Below are positions 1-10,723 of a stretch of DNA of 32,720 nucleotides, piece after piece; position 1 is the first letter of the stretch; each line of letters begins with the position of its first letter. This stretch comes from a virus (taxonomy: Duplodnaviria > Caudoviricetes). Under the pieces are notes generated by a model that did no database searches, had not been told where the DNA came from, and saw nothing but the letters and a program-made list of their open reading frames with translations. A program made the translations under genes and the position numbers. The stretch lies in IMG/VR virus record IMGVR_UViG_3300032280_000323, positions 1 to 32,720 of that record. One strand, 5' to 3'.

Positions 1-2945
1 AATATAGTTCTTTCTTTATTAGATTGTCTTACATTCAATTCAAAGCTTGATGATATACTTCCACTATTTCTACTAACTTCAATTCCAAAAAAACTATCAT
101 TAAATATTGGTAATAATGAAGACGATATCTCATATGAACCAGAGTAATTAAATACAACTTTACCATATTTAGAATCTGTTGAACTAATAAGATTTACTCC
201 CCAACCACTACCAGATATGATATTAAAATTACCACTATACTCCGGTTTTATAAAAAATTCTATTGTATCTGGTTTTCTATTTCTTTCGGTATTTTTCCAT
301 TCTAATTTAATACTACCAGAATTTTGTCCATAAAACTTCAATGCGGTGGTAATATTATCAAACTCCAATTTGCTCTTTGTAGTTTCCGTTACTTCTGGTC
401 CTCCAAATTCTAAAATTGAAAGATTTGATGATGGAATACCATAACATGCCATTATTGCATAAACACCTCTTCTAGTTCCTTTGTGTTTTAATAAGTAAGG
501 TAAATTATTTACAATTCTTCTCCAAATTTCGTATGTTCTTTTTTTTGCAGGATTTGATGGAACTAACCTACCAGTCTTATCATAAGTTGGTTTATATTGT
601 TGATTACCATCGGAATCCATACCAAAGACATAATTCCAAAGTTGTGAATCTGCTGATAGATTTTTAGCATCCCAGTTAAATGATTTTAAAACATCAAATA
701 ATAATTTATCTGATATTCCATTTGTTGATTTATAACCCAACCCTCTACTTTTTTCTATTGATTTTGTATAATAATAGATGTTGTCAAAGTGTTGTCCTAT
801 CATTGAGAAAAATAATAATAAACTTTGGTTTTCGGTATTATTTACAATATATTGTGGTATATTATTTAATACATAGTTTGAATTATTAATATCAAATGAT
901 TCGGCAAGTTCTACCGTATCCGTATACCAATTTTCAACAATAACATTAGTCGAACTCAATCTAACATTACCATTGTGTGGCCACGACATCGATGATGATG
1001 TATATAAGAATTTTTCAAATCCATCAAATCCTTGTACCAATTGTTCTTTCTTAATACTTTGTCTTTCTATTTCTTTGGCTGATTGTAATGTCGATGACCA
1101 AGATGCAGTTTGTGCATTCTTAATGGAATCTTCGTATACTTCAATTAATTGAACTTTATATACAAAATTATCAACTCTTTCTTTCGCAGAACTAAAATGT
1201 ACAAAGTTATCCCAAATATATTCGGAATCATTTACATATTGTATGTTTAAATCATCGGTATTCACCAATGAAGAACTTAAATATTGAGCTATTAAATTAG
1301 ACGATGATGATACGGGTGCATTTAATATTAGGTCATCCAATGATTCATATCCCGTAGATTTTCCTACAACAAAATCAACATCTACACTAAAATTTGGCCC
1401 CTTAATCGGTGGACAATTTATACCGTCTTGTTGAGATAAAACAACCGTTTCAATTAATGGGTTAGTTAATAATTTAGTAATCCAAAGAGTTGAATTTTCG
1501 GTTATGTTTGCCGGTAGTGGTGAGTATAATTTTAATATTAAAGATTCAACTTCTTTACTAACTATTGTATTACCCAACTCATCGGTTGTCTTATCTGATA
1601 GAGTAAAATTATCCTCTTCCCATGATGAAACTATTATTTGTTCATCATTGCCAAAGTTTGCAAGATGTGTTAAATATTTACTTTCCTTCTCTGGTTCGGT
1701 GAATTTTAAGTTTTCAACGAATGCATCAAATAAAGTCTTTTTAAGTATATCTTCATCCAATCTTATACTTGATAATAACAATGATGTTTTTATTTCGTAT
1801 TCATTACCAACCAATTCAACTGCACCACTTCTATTATATGGTTTTAAGATAACAGTTACATTGTTACTACCGGCCCATGTTGGAAATTTAGTAGTTAAAT
1901 CTTTTAAATTTATTTTAACTTTACCATTTGCAGGTAATGACTTAAATAGTTGAATTTTACTTTTGTCCTTTGCAATTAAATCAATATCAACCGAAGAAGC
2001 TGCAAACGAATTCCATTCTATATCATATTCCAAATTAAAATCTGAAAATGAAGGGACATCTATATTATCGGGAAATATAATTTGAGTAATTGATGGAAAA
2101 TCATTTACACTATTAAAATTAACAATGATATCTGTTTTATTTCCTGTACCATATGCATCACTGTATGGAACTACTATTAACTTTTTACTACCATATACAC
2201 CTGCAAAATCTTTTTTAAATGATAAGTCAATAAATCCCTTAGTTGCAGGAACTCTTATTTTACTATTTGTATTTAAATAAAAATCAACAAAATCGGTATT
2301 AGATGAATTAAATGGTATATTAACTATTGTATCTAAATCGGAATCTTTTACATTATAGTCGTATTTTGTACTTGTAATAGATACTATTGGTTGTTCGGAT
2401 AATATTGTTTTTTCTAATACAACCGACACCGCAAATCCACCCGTTAATAATTCAGTAGCCGGTATTGATATAAATTTGTCACCAATTGTCCACTTTGAAA
2501 CATCTTTTGAATTTTTCTCTGCAACTTGTCTATTTGCATAAAATATTTTTAAAATTTTATAATTACTCGGAAGTGTTCCTTCTACATAAATTTGTAAAGT
2601 TGAATTTGTAAGATTTGATTTTAATGTATTTTTACCATCTGTATTATAATCGGCCAAACTTATGGTATCGGTAGATATAATAGTATCACCAGAAACTATC
2701 TGATATTTTAATTTTAATAAATCACTGACTTCATTTTGTAAATTAGATGCAAATACAATTTCATAATTAACCAAATAATCCACATTAACCGGTGTATTCG
2801 GTTCATCGGATTGTAATGTCTGACCTTCTGTAATTGCAATTGGTGCAATTTCTATTGGAGTAGGTTCTATTGGGTTAAAAAAAATATTACCACCCGCACC
2901 ATCACCACCATATTGTAATTCTATATCGTCTGTATTTTCGGCCAT
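1..2945 (-). CDS. Large virion/baseplate wedge-like structural protein (>981 aa, 3' end runs off the window)
   Basis: Absent from the ORF track because no stop lies in the window. Manual translation from the ATG at 2945 (MAENTDDIELQYGGDGAGG...) stays open to position 3. It contains IVNNLPYLLKHKGTRRGVYAIMACYG, which resembles the Y/LxxKGT motif of T4 gp7 / tail protein I-type wedge proteins. It lies downstream of the gp25- and gp6-like genes. Confidence 0.75.
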   Translation of the reverse strand, partial: MAENTDDIELQYGGDGAGGNIFFNPIEPTPIEIAPIAITEGQTLQSDEPNTPVNVDYLVNYEIVFASNLQNEVSDLLKLKYQIVSGDTIISTDTISLADYNTDGKNTLKSNLTNSTLQIYVEGTLPSNYKILKIFYANRQVAEKNSKDVSKWTIGDKFISIPATELLTGGFAVSVVLEKTILSEQPIVSITSTKYDYNVKDSDLDTIVNIPFNSSNTDFVDFYLNTNSKIRVPATKGFIDLSFKKDFAGVYGSKKLIVVPYSDAYGTGNKTDIIVNFNSVNDFPSITQIIFPDNIDVPSFSDFNLEYDIEWNSFAASSVDIDLIAKDKSKIQLFKSLPANGKVKINLKDLTTKFPTWAGSNNVTVILKPYNRSGAVELVGNEYEIKTSLLLSSIRLDEDILKKTLFDAFVENLKFTEPEKESKYLTHLANFGNDEQIIVSSWEEDNFTLSDKTTDELGNTIVSKEVESLILKLYSPLPANITENSTLWITKLLTNPLIETVVLSQQDGINCPPIKGPNFSVDVDFVVGKSTGYESLDDLILNAPVSSSSNLIAQYLSSSLVNTDDLNIQYVNDSEYIWDNFVHFSSAKERVDNFVYKVQLIEVYEDSIKNAQTASWSSTLQSAKEIERQSIKKEQLVQGFDGFEKFLYTSSSMSWPHNGNVRLSSTNVIVENWYTDTVELAESFDINNSNYVLNNIPQYIVNNTENQSLLLFFSMIGQHFDNIYYYTKSIEKSRGLGYKSTNGISDKLLFDVLKSFNWDAKNLSADSQLWNYVFGMDSDGNQQYKPTYDKTGRLVPSNPAKKRTYEIWRRIVNNLPYLLKHKGTRRGVYAIMACYGIPSSNLSILEFGGPEVTETTKSKLEFDNITTALKFYGQNSGSIKLEWKNTERNRKPDTIEFFIKPEYSGNFNIISGSGWGVNLISSTDSKYGKVVFNYSGSYEISSSLLPIFNDSFFGIEVSRNSGSISSSFELNVRQSNKERTI

Positions 2946-2969
2946 TTATTCTTTTTTATAAATATTTTA

Positions 2970-4259
2970 TTATCTAAAATTTTCTGCTCTACCTGCCCCA
3001 CCATCTATTCTTTCTCTATCATCACCTATTCCTCCTCCTCCACCACCGGATGAACCACCCGTTCCACCACCGCCTGGAGGAGGTGGAGGTGTATATCCGC
3101 AATTTGAAGAATTTGATGCAATCAATGATTCATATGAACCACCACTACCATCTGCATATTTTCCATATTGGTCATATCCTTTACATAATGTTGAAAGCAA
3201 TGTCCCCTTTGCAGGGTAAATTATTCCCAAATTAGAATCATCAAACACTGTAACTGAACCCGTTGGTGAATAAACATTTATTTTTGTTTCTGTGAATGTT
3301 GAAAATGATTCTAAATTATTTTGTATTTGTTTTTGTAATTCTGTGATTGCAAATTCTTTTGGTAGTTGTATCGTTTCAACACTTCTTCTTTTCAATACTT
3401 TAGAATTATTGTCAATACAATTATTTAAAATTTTTTGAATTTCGGTCAACATCATATTATAATCATAAACTTCAAAATCGTCAAATCTGGTTTCCGATTG
3501 TTTTCCAAAATTAGATTCACCAACATTATAATATTTGTTAGTTAAATAGTATTGTACGGATAATTTAAAATCTTCAAATATCTTTGTTCTAAAAGTATCA
3601 AATTTAGTTAGGCCAAAGTCTTTTCTTAAAATTGCAAAAAAATCTTTACCAAATTTAGTTTCTAAGTATGAATCTATTTTAGTTAAAAAAGAATTTTCAT
3701 ATGCATTTAAAGAATCCAATATAGAAACTTTATAATATAAAAAATCTTTATTTAAACTTTTAAGATTTTTAAATTGTGTATTAGTAATTTTATTTATATT
3801 AGAATCTTTTGTTTTTAAAGGTAAAATTCTAATCTCTTCTCTAGATGGTGAAACTTCTTGTATCCAAACTCTAGTCAATTCATTTTCACTACCAACTTTT
3901 TGTTTTACAAAGTTTATATTAACTTTGAGAATCCCATTTGTAAATCCTAAATCATTTAATAACTTTTCAATATTGATTGCAAGTTCTTTTTGACCCTGTT
4001 TGTTTGTAATATTATAAAGATAACTTTGAATGTCACCTTTTTTAATATATGCAACATTGTTTCCTGACTTATGTGGTAATAAATTGTTGTTAATATCATA
4101 AACCGATATCTCCATAACATCATATCTACTATTACCAAAATCTGATTTTTCTATTTCATTTTTGGATAGTATAAATAAGTCCTTATCATCAATAAACTTT
4201 CCTTCGTTTGTTGAGTTATTATTGATTGAATCAATATTTGTATATTTTGTAATACTCAT
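2970..4259 (-). CDS. Putative virion structural protein with a C-terminal Cys-bracketed module and Pro/Gly-rich tail
   Basis: 429-aa ORF within the baseplate operon. It ends GTLLSTLCKGYDQYGKYADGSGGSYESLIASNSSNCGY-PPPPP-GGGG. Confidence 0.6.
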   Translation of the reverse strand: MSITKYTNIDSINNNSTNEGKFIDDKDLFILSKNEIEKSDFGNSRYDVMEISVYDINNNLLPHKSGNNVAYIKKGDIQSYLYNITNKQGQKELAINIEKLLNDLGFTNGILKVNINFVKQKVGSENELTRVWIQEVSPSREEIRILPLKTKDSNINKITNTQFKNLKSLNKDFLYYKVSILDSLNAYENSFLTKIDSYLETKFGKDFFAILRKDFGLTKFDTFRTKIFEDFKLSVQYYLTNKYYNVGESNFGKQSETRFDDFEVYDYNMMLTEIQKILNNCIDNNSKVLKRRSVETIQLPKEFAITELQKQIQNNLESFSTFTETKINVYSPTGSVTVFDDSNLGIIYPAKGTLLSTLCKGYDQYGKYADGSGGSYESLIASNSSNCGYTPPPPPGGGGTGGSSGGGGGGIGDDRERIDGGAGRAENFR

Positions 4260-4265
4260 AATCTA

Positions 4266-5366
4266 TTAGTATGATTTAGGATGTGCAATCTTTAATTCGG
4301 TTTTAAATGACTTAGTTTCGGATGTACCATCCGCTCTTTGCACTGTTATACTAAGTGATGCATTATAGAAAACAGTATTGTCTCTTTTACCATAACTCGT
4401 ACCCTGTGGAGTAGCTACAAAATCAATTTCCTCAGTTGACCCAGCAGTTATTTTAAAATCAGTTTTAGGAATTCTAAACCATTTCTGATTTCTATCCCAT
4501 GTTGCATTTATTTTAATAGTTACCGGTTCTAAATCATTATTGGTTATCTTCAAATTCTTACCATTAATCCATTCTTTTGCATCGTCTCTTGCATTCTTAA
4601 TTTTATAAGACATTACCGGGTCAGTTGCTGACCCTTTTGGTGAGAAGTTTGCAGTTACTATTTTATTGATAATAGTACCACCTTGACTTTGTGCAACCGT
4701 CTCTAAATCTTTTTGTTGTCTTACAGCACCCAATTGAGATTGTAAACCTTCTATGATTGCATTTAAAGAATCTATTTGTTTAATTAATGCTTCAATTTGT
4801 GCTTTAAATCCGGTCTTTTGTGATTGTAATGATGCTCTCAAAATACTTTCATCAACCGACTTTTGTAGTGATGTAGAAATTTGACTAGCGAAATCTTCAA
4901 TCGTTGCATTTAAAGTTTCAATTTGATTAACCAATAAATCATTAGTTTGTTCAATACTTAATCTATTATTTATTTCAGTTTGAACTTGTGATTCTAATGT
5001 AGTTATTCTGGAATTAAGAGTTACAATATTTTCATTTAATGTTCTAACTCTTTTTCTTAAATCTTCATTTTCTACAACCTTTTCATTATATATTGGTCTT
5101 GGTACTAAATCTAAATTTGTATTTGGTATATTTGGTAGTAATTCTTTAACTTCAACATCAACGGCCTTTATTAATTCCTCATCATCGTATTTATCTTTTG
5201 TTAAACCTTTGAACACCAATGATGATACTATGTTCATATTGTCTACAACATTAACACCATACTCATTTCTATTAATTGCAGCCGAACCTGATACACTTAA
5301 AATTGACTCTATTTGTTTATCCTTTTCTTCCTGTAACTTTATCGATATTGCTTCTAAATTGGTCAT
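4266..5366 (-). CDS. Coiled-coil virion-associated protein with a C-terminal beta-sandwich-like domain
   Basis: 366 aa with a long heptad-rich central region (about aa 95-225) and a beta-rich C-terminus. It sits in the structural operon. Confidence 0.55.
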   Translation of the reverse strand: MTNLEAISIKLQEEKDKQIESILSVSGSAAINRNEYGVNVVDNMNIVSSLVFKGLTKDKYDDEELIKAVDVEVKELLPNIPNTNLDLVPRPIYNEKVVENEDLRKRVRTLNENIVTLNSRITTLESQVQTEINNRLSIEQTNDLLVNQIETLNATIEDFASQISTSLQKSVDESILRASLQSQKTGFKAQIEALIKQIDSLNAIIEGLQSQLGAVRQQKDLETVAQSQGGTIINKIVTANFSPKGSATDPVMSYKIKNARDDAKEWINGKNLKITNNDLEPVTIKINATWDRNQKWFRIPKTDFKITAGSTEEIDFVATPQGTSYGKRDNTVFYNASLSITVQRADGTSETKSFKTELKIAHPKSY

Positions 5367-5369
5367 TTA

Positions 5370-6467
5370 TTAAACTATTTCAAATATTAATTTTTCATCT
5401 ATAATAGTAGATATTCCACTTTCTATTATTTCCAATTTTAATAAATAAGTTCTATTGATTGGTAGTGTATTTAAATCCATTATAAAATAATTTGAAATAG
5501 AATCACAACTAACCTTTGTGTATTGTCCAAATGGAAATATTATTTCACCCGTCTTATAATCTTCCAATTGATAATATGTAGTGGTTGGCAAATATTTTGT
5601 TTGGTCGTATGCAAATGTTGTTCCAAATGATTTTAAAGGAAACATATCCCTACCTTTAACTCTAACTTTTATTTTTTGATTTTGCGGATATTCTTTTTTC
5701 AAATTAGAAACAATAACTTTGTAATCACCATCAGAAGCCGAGCCTGTTACCGGAGATAATCCTGTTGTTGTAAACGATTGGTCATCCCAAACTAATTCTA
5801 ATTTAGGTTCGTATATTGTATTTGTTTCTTTTGAAAAGAATTTAAGAACACCATAATCCAGACCATCATTGTCTGTGCTAATTGACGCGGATGTGTGGTG
5901 GTGTAATATAATTCCATCATTAGTTAATCTATTTGAACCACTAATCCATAGTTTTACAATATTTGTTACATCCATTCTAATATCATCCGGTTCATTACTA
6001 AATGATTGAGACGCCATAGATGCCGTATACCACGTTCCTCCACCACCATTGGTGATTGAACCCGTATCGGAACCTGCACTATATGAGCCCGATAAATCTA
6101 ACCACTTAGAACTACCATTTTTATAATACCAACTAACACCATCCGATGTTATGTTATCAAATTTAGTACCAGTTCCCATTGTCCAACTTTGAGAAATGGC
6201 ATTTGCGTAAATTGTATATTCCAATGGTATTTCTTCGGAATTTGCAGATTTTAAATTTAAGAAAATAGAATAACTTCCTGTTCCTATACTTTCTACAATT
6301 GATTGGGAAATTTGTGCTGTATTAAATTTTAATAAAGTTCTAGCTATATCCATAGTAGAACCATAATAAAGTTTACCCACCTCCAATATCTCATCTCTAC
6401 CGGCGTTTTGGTCTGGTTGTTGTAAGTAAATACTTGCATCGTATGATGCTGTGAAAAATTTATGCAT
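5370..6467 (-). CDS. Virion structural protein with a DNRLRE/CBM96-like N-terminal domain
   Basis: DASIYLQQPDQNAG-x4-LEVG...RTLLKFN and ...FFSKET...PKLELVW follow the DNRLRE-like pattern. It is directly coupled to the gp6-like gene. Confidence 0.55.
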   Translation of the reverse strand: MHKFFTASYDASIYLQQPDQNAGRDEILEVGKLYYGSTMDIARTLLKFNTAQISQSIVESIGTGSYSIFLNLKSANSEEIPLEYTIYANAISQSWTMGTGTKFDNITSDGVSWYYKNGSSKWLDLSGSYSAGSDTGSITNGGGGTWYTASMASQSFSNEPDDIRMDVTNIVKLWISGSNRLTNDGIILHHHTSASISTDNDGLDYGVLKFFSKETNTIYEPKLELVWDDQSFTTTGLSPVTGSASDGDYKVIVSNLKKEYPQNQKIKVRVKGRDMFPLKSFGTTFAYDQTKYLPTTTYYQLEDYKTGEIIFPFGQYTKVSCDSISNYFIMDLNTLPINRTYLLKLEIIESGISTIIDEKLIFEIV

Positions 6468-8482
6468 TATAAAGCCCTCCCTTTTATGTCTTTGTTAGGA
6501 TATTTTACTTCGAAAACACATGGGTCTAAAGATGGATATACAATCTTACCTTTAGTTGCATCTTCTATATTATATCTATTTGTTGAATAATTTCCGTCTC
6601 CACCACATAAATTTGAAATCTTTACCGATGGTACACTCATAACACCTTCTATATTTGCCAATATTAATTCCATTTCTGAAATATTAATTGGTTTGTTAAA
6701 TGTCCAGTTGTCAATTTCAAAATATCTTTGAACTTCTGCTAAACAATTTGTAAGAACTTCTCTTTTATTATAATTTGAATATGTTATAATTTCAAAATCT
6801 ACTCCAATATTTACTATAAATCCATTTATGATATTCACACCATCCGTTAACATTCTATATTCACCTAAATAAGTTTTAAGATTTTCTTTAACTGCTTGAT
6901 TTAAATTAGTTAATTTTTTATTATTATCATATCCTAAGACATACATATTAATTGCAAATGGATTATTTACTTCGGATATAGATGTATTTTTTTGCGTAAG
7001 ATATTTAATCAATTCCTTTTGAATATCTTGTTTTGATAAACCTTTAATAGATTCTACTAAATTTGTAAATTCGGTAATATTTTTAGGATTTGCAAGAATA
7101 GATGAAGGACTATTATTATCTATTTCACCATCCGGACTAACATACACTTTTGCAACACTACCATATCTTTCTGGCATTGACATTGCTCTTACTATATAGT
7201 CTTGTCTTGTTACTGCTCTATTTTGTGAACCAAATGTTGCCAATGCATTCTGTCTAATTTCTTCGATTGATTCCGAATCTCTACCACCAGTTGCAGCTTC
7301 TAAGTTTTCAACTGCTACCGATGATTTTATGTCATCATATGCATTTAATTTATTATCTGGAATTGATAATAAGTCATCTTCAAATTCTATTAATCTAATT
7401 GTTGTTAAATCTCTTTGATTTATATTTGATTGAACACCACCACCCACTAAGTATTTTATAGTAAGTTGTTTATTTGCAGGTGCAATTCCAAATGTGTTTG
7501 TTTTCAAAAAATTAGATGGGTCAATTCCATCATTTAATCTATTAACAGAGTTTGCCAATCCCAATCCAACATTTTTTGGATTTGGTAAAATAATTTCATC
7601 ATCCAATCTAACATCACCACTTCCAAATTGTAAATCCATAGTATTATCGGAATTTACTTTTACACTAAATCTATATGGAACTTTTTTAATTTCTAAAATA
7701 TATGGTACTACCGAAGATGATATACTTAAATTTCCAGTATTTACTTCTGTATTTGGTTTTTCTATAAAAACACTCTCTTGTGCTAAATAAGGAACTTCGT
7801 AATATTTTATATTATCATTATCAGTTACAGACGTAATTTGTATTATATTAGTATCAGAAAGAGTTGCAGTGGGATAATCGGTATCATCTCCAAATGTAAT
7901 AGTTGTTGAAATTTCTTGAGCAGATATTGCTTTTACTTTTTTACTTACTAAATATCTAGTTGGTACTCCGTCCACTCCCCTTTCATAAACCTCAATCTCT
8001 CTTCCAACCGGTGATGAAAAGTCAACTGCATCTACCGTTCTAAATATTATAGATGAATTGGTAGTTGATTCAACTTCCATACCATCTTTAATTCTTAAAT
8101 AAAAGCTCTCATCTGGACCATTATTTACACCAATTCCTATTCCAGGTAATAATTGATATACCTTTAATTCTGTCACCGCGGGTGATGTAACTTTTGGTTT
8201 ATATCCCATTTGTTGTGCCAATGCCATAACATTTTTCCTTTCGGTTGCATGAGCCAACATGGATTCTTTTAGTTGTACATCTTGATAGAATGATAACATA
8301 TCACCTATGGCAGCTGCCTGGTCAATGAATATACTACCCGGAGAAGCTTCTGAGAAATCGGAATATTGATTTGGAAAGTATGTTTTTGTAAAATCTACCA
8401 AGTTTTGCTTTAATGTTGCAAAATCTTTACCAACATATGATAATTCTTTATTTCCTATATTATTTAAAGGTTTAATGGCCAT
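6467..8482 (-). CDS. Baseplate wedge subunit (T4 gp6 / baseplate J-like)
   Basis: N-terminal YVGKDFATLKQNL...YSDFSEASPG...LAQQMGY; C-terminal ATGGRDSESIEEIR...QNRAVTRQDY, typical of gp6/J-family proteins. It follows the gp25-like gene. Confidence 0.9.
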   Translation of the reverse strand: MAIKPLNNIGNKELSYVGKDFATLKQNLVDFTKTYFPNQYSDFSEASPGSIFIDQAAAIGDMLSFYQDVQLKESMLAHATERKNVMALAQQMGYKPKVTSPAVTELKVYQLLPGIGIGVNNGPDESFYLRIKDGMEVESTTNSSIIFRTVDAVDFSSPVGREIEVYERGVDGVPTRYLVSKKVKAISAQEISTTITFGDDTDYPTATLSDTNIIQITSVTDNDNIKYYEVPYLAQESVFIEKPNTEVNTGNLSISSSVVPYILEIKKVPYRFSVKVNSDNTMDLQFGSGDVRLDDEIILPNPKNVGLGLANSVNRLNDGIDPSNFLKTNTFGIAPANKQLTIKYLVGGGVQSNINQRDLTTIRLIEFEDDLLSIPDNKLNAYDDIKSSVAVENLEAATGGRDSESIEEIRQNALATFGSQNRAVTRQDYIVRAMSMPERYGSVAKVYVSPDGEIDNNSPSSILANPKNITEFTNLVESIKGLSKQDIQKELIKYLTQKNTSISEVNNPFAINMYVLGYDNNKKLTNLNQAVKENLKTYLGEYRMLTDGVNIINGFIVNIGVDFEIITYSNYNKREVLTNCLAEVQRYFEIDNWTFNKPINISEMELILANIEGVMSVPSVKISNLCGGDGNYSTNRYNIEDATKGKIVYPSLDPCVFEVKYPNKDIKGRAL

Positions 8483-8483
8483 T

Positions 8484-8921
8484 TTAATTATTTACATTTA
8501 TTTGAAGTGTGTCTGATAAATTTGGGTTTGACGCCAACGAAAATTTTATATCCAAAAATATTTTATTATTGTCAATATCAATATCATCATAGTCAAATAT
8601 TATTTCATTTATTGTTATATATGGCATCCAAATCGAAACTGCGTCTAGTATTACATTTTCAATTTTATTTTCAATCAATTCTCCATCAATTTGTTCAAAT
8701 ATTAGTTTCCATATATCACATCCAAATTCTGGTTCCATAATTCTTTCACCTTTGTGAGTTAGAATTAAGTTTTTTAAAGAATCTTTGGCCTGGGTTAATG
8801 TAGTATAGTTAACAGCAAAAATACCATTAGAATCCGATGCTCTGTTTACACCAATTCCTAATACTTTATAATTATTTTGTGTTAAGTCTGTAACATTAAC
8901 TTTACCAAGTTCTATTGCCAT
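8484..8921 (-). CDS. Baseplate wedge protein, gp25/GpW family
   Basis: LKNLILTHKGERIMEPEFGCDI...IFE...WMPYI is the gp25 signature. Confidence 0.92.
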   Translation of the reverse strand: MAIELGKVNVTDLTQNNYKVLGIGVNRASDSNGIFAVNYTTLTQAKDSLKNLILTHKGERIMEPEFGCDIWKLIFEQIDGELIENKIENVILDAVSIWMPYITINEIIFDYDDIDIDNNKIFLDIKFSLASNPNLSDTLQINVNN

Positions 8922-8924
8922 TTA

Positions 8925-9422
8925 TTAAAATCTTTTAACTAATTCCGAATAATTTCTTGTCAATGCTTTTATAGTTGCATCTTGTAAACCGTCACCCGTA
9001 GATTCAAATTGTTGTGGAATATTTTGAGGAATTTGAATACCTTCTCTAAAATCCATTGTTTCCCATTCACCTTCATCAACTCTTAATTCTGGCTTAATCA
9101 TATCCAACACACTACCTACGGCTTGTGCACCCTCTTTTCTTTGTTCCGATGTAAATGGTTGTGTCATATTCAAAATCTCATTTATCATTGGGTCTTTTGA
9201 AAATTCCTTTGTAGGTCTTTGTGGTTGTTGAACAGGTTGTTGTCTTTTAGTAGGTACAACGGGAACCTCAGTCATCTCTTTTAAAGATGGTGTTGTTTTC
9301 TTTTGTGAGTTTAATGTAACTGCACCAGACTTAATTAATTTAACAAGTTCTTCTTTTACTTGTAACTTAACTTCGTTTTTAACAACTTCTTTAATTAAAG
9401 TTAGTAAAATTTCTGATTTCAT
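8925..9422 (-). CDS. Hypothetical phage protein
   Basis: 165-aa ORF co-oriented with and abutting the gp25-like gene; a putative late promoter lies upstream. Confidence 0.6.
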   Translation of the reverse strand: MKSEILLTLIKEVVKNEVKLQVKEELVKLIKSGAVTLNSQKKTTPSLKEMTEVPVVPTKRQQPVQQPQRPTKEFSKDPMINEILNMTQPFTSEQRKEGAQAVGSVLDMIKPELRVDEGEWETMDFREGIQIPQNIPQQFESTGDGLQDATIKALTRNYSELVKRF

Positions 9423-9468
9423 AATAATTGTTTATATATGTTTAGTAATAAATATTTGATTTAATAAT

Positions 9469-10722
9469 TTATCCAATAACTTTATATCCAGTCCAATTTA
9501 ATATCGCGGGTGCGGGTGGAGCTGGTGGTGTGTATTGTGCAAATACTGCCATATTACCGGATGTTCCCATTAAATGAAACTTAGCTAAATTTACAAATGG
9601 GTCTGCAAATACATTTGTTGGATATGAGAAAAGATAAGTCGGCAATGTAAACCATATATTAGGTATAATTGGTAATCTATCTAATATAAGTTGTTCTGCC
9701 AAATCTCTTAACTCCTCCTCTGTTGGTATTTTTTCTTCTATTTGTTTTTTAATTTCTCTTATATTTGGAATTTTTGGAATGGAAACATACAAAGATAAAT
9801 CTATATCAGGAACCAACCCCTCTGCGGTATCTTTAACATACTTTACAACCTCTTCCTTAGTAGGTAGTGGATTTGGTATGGTATTCTTTGCAAGTTCAAT
9901 TGCATTGACTATTGGAACAACAAATGGTTGTAATACTATTTCTTCAATTGGTGGAATAATTTGATTTTTAATTTCTACAATGGCCTGTTCTATTAACTTC
10001 TCTTTAGCTTCCTCTATTAATTTCTTTTTATTTGGTAATTTTGGAAATGGAAACTTTATAGCTTTTTTAATTTGACTACCAATTGCCGGTTTTTTCTTTT
10101 TTGCTTCTTTTAACTTTTTAATTATTTCAATTGCACCTTTGACTACTGGATTATTTTTAATATCAGGTTCAACTACTTCTTTGTTTATTATTTTCATTGC
10201 AGTTTCATATAGTGGAATCGTTATTGGTGGCAGAGGTGGAATAACCGGAATAGTCACCGATTGTTTTTTAAGTTCTTCCTCTAATATTTTCAAAGCTTCA
10301 ACTTCTGCTTTATTTTTAGCTGCTGAAATTGCAAGTGATGTCGGATTTGGGCCAATGTTTTGAATAGTACCAGGTGCGGGTAATGTAGATGGCCAACCCA
10401 ATGGTTTTAATAATGGATTTGGTATTGGTGCCATTTCACTTCCTAACCAATATGCATCAAATGCTGCCGGATAGATTTCCTCTAATATATTAAAATTATC
10501 ACCATCACTTTCTTGACCTTTTTTCATTGCATTTTTGATAACATCGGACATACCTTTGACATTACCATTAACAACAGGAACTCCGTATATATTATCACCA
10601 CCTCTTTTTATACATTGGTCGTATTCATTTGCATAAAAATCAGCAAATCCTTCCGTATCGGCAGCAAAACGACCAGTAATCATTGATTCTAAAATGTTTT
10701 TTTTAAATATTAACCAAGACAT
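9469..10722 (-). CDS. Hypothetical virion-associated protein (Pro/Ile/Lys-rich centre)
   Basis: 417-aa ORF between the spike-like gene and the gp25-like gene. Confidence 0.55.
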   Translation of the reverse strand: MSWLIFKKNILESMITGRFAADTEGFADFYANEYDQCIKRGGDNIYGVPVVNGNVKGMSDVIKNAMKKGQESDGDNFNILEEIYPAAFDAYWLGSEMAPIPNPLLKPLGWPSTLPAPGTIQNIGPNPTSLAISAAKNKAEVEALKILEEELKKQSVTIPVIPPLPPITIPLYETAMKIINKEVVEPDIKNNPVVKGAIEIIKKLKEAKKKKPAIGSQIKKAIKFPFPKLPNKKKLIEEAKEKLIEQAIVEIKNQIIPPIEEIVLQPFVVPIVNAIELAKNTIPNPLPTKEEVVKYVKDTAEGLVPDIDLSLYVSIPKIPNIREIKKQIEEKIPTEEELRDLAEQLILDRLPIIPNIWFTLPTYLFSYPTNVFADPFVNLAKFHLMGTSGNMAVFAQYTPPAPPAPAILNWTGYKVIG

Positions 10723-10723
10723 A

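Noticed and set aside
3956-4138. 60-aa minus-strand ORF
   Set aside because: It is nested out of frame within 2970-4259 and has no independent support.
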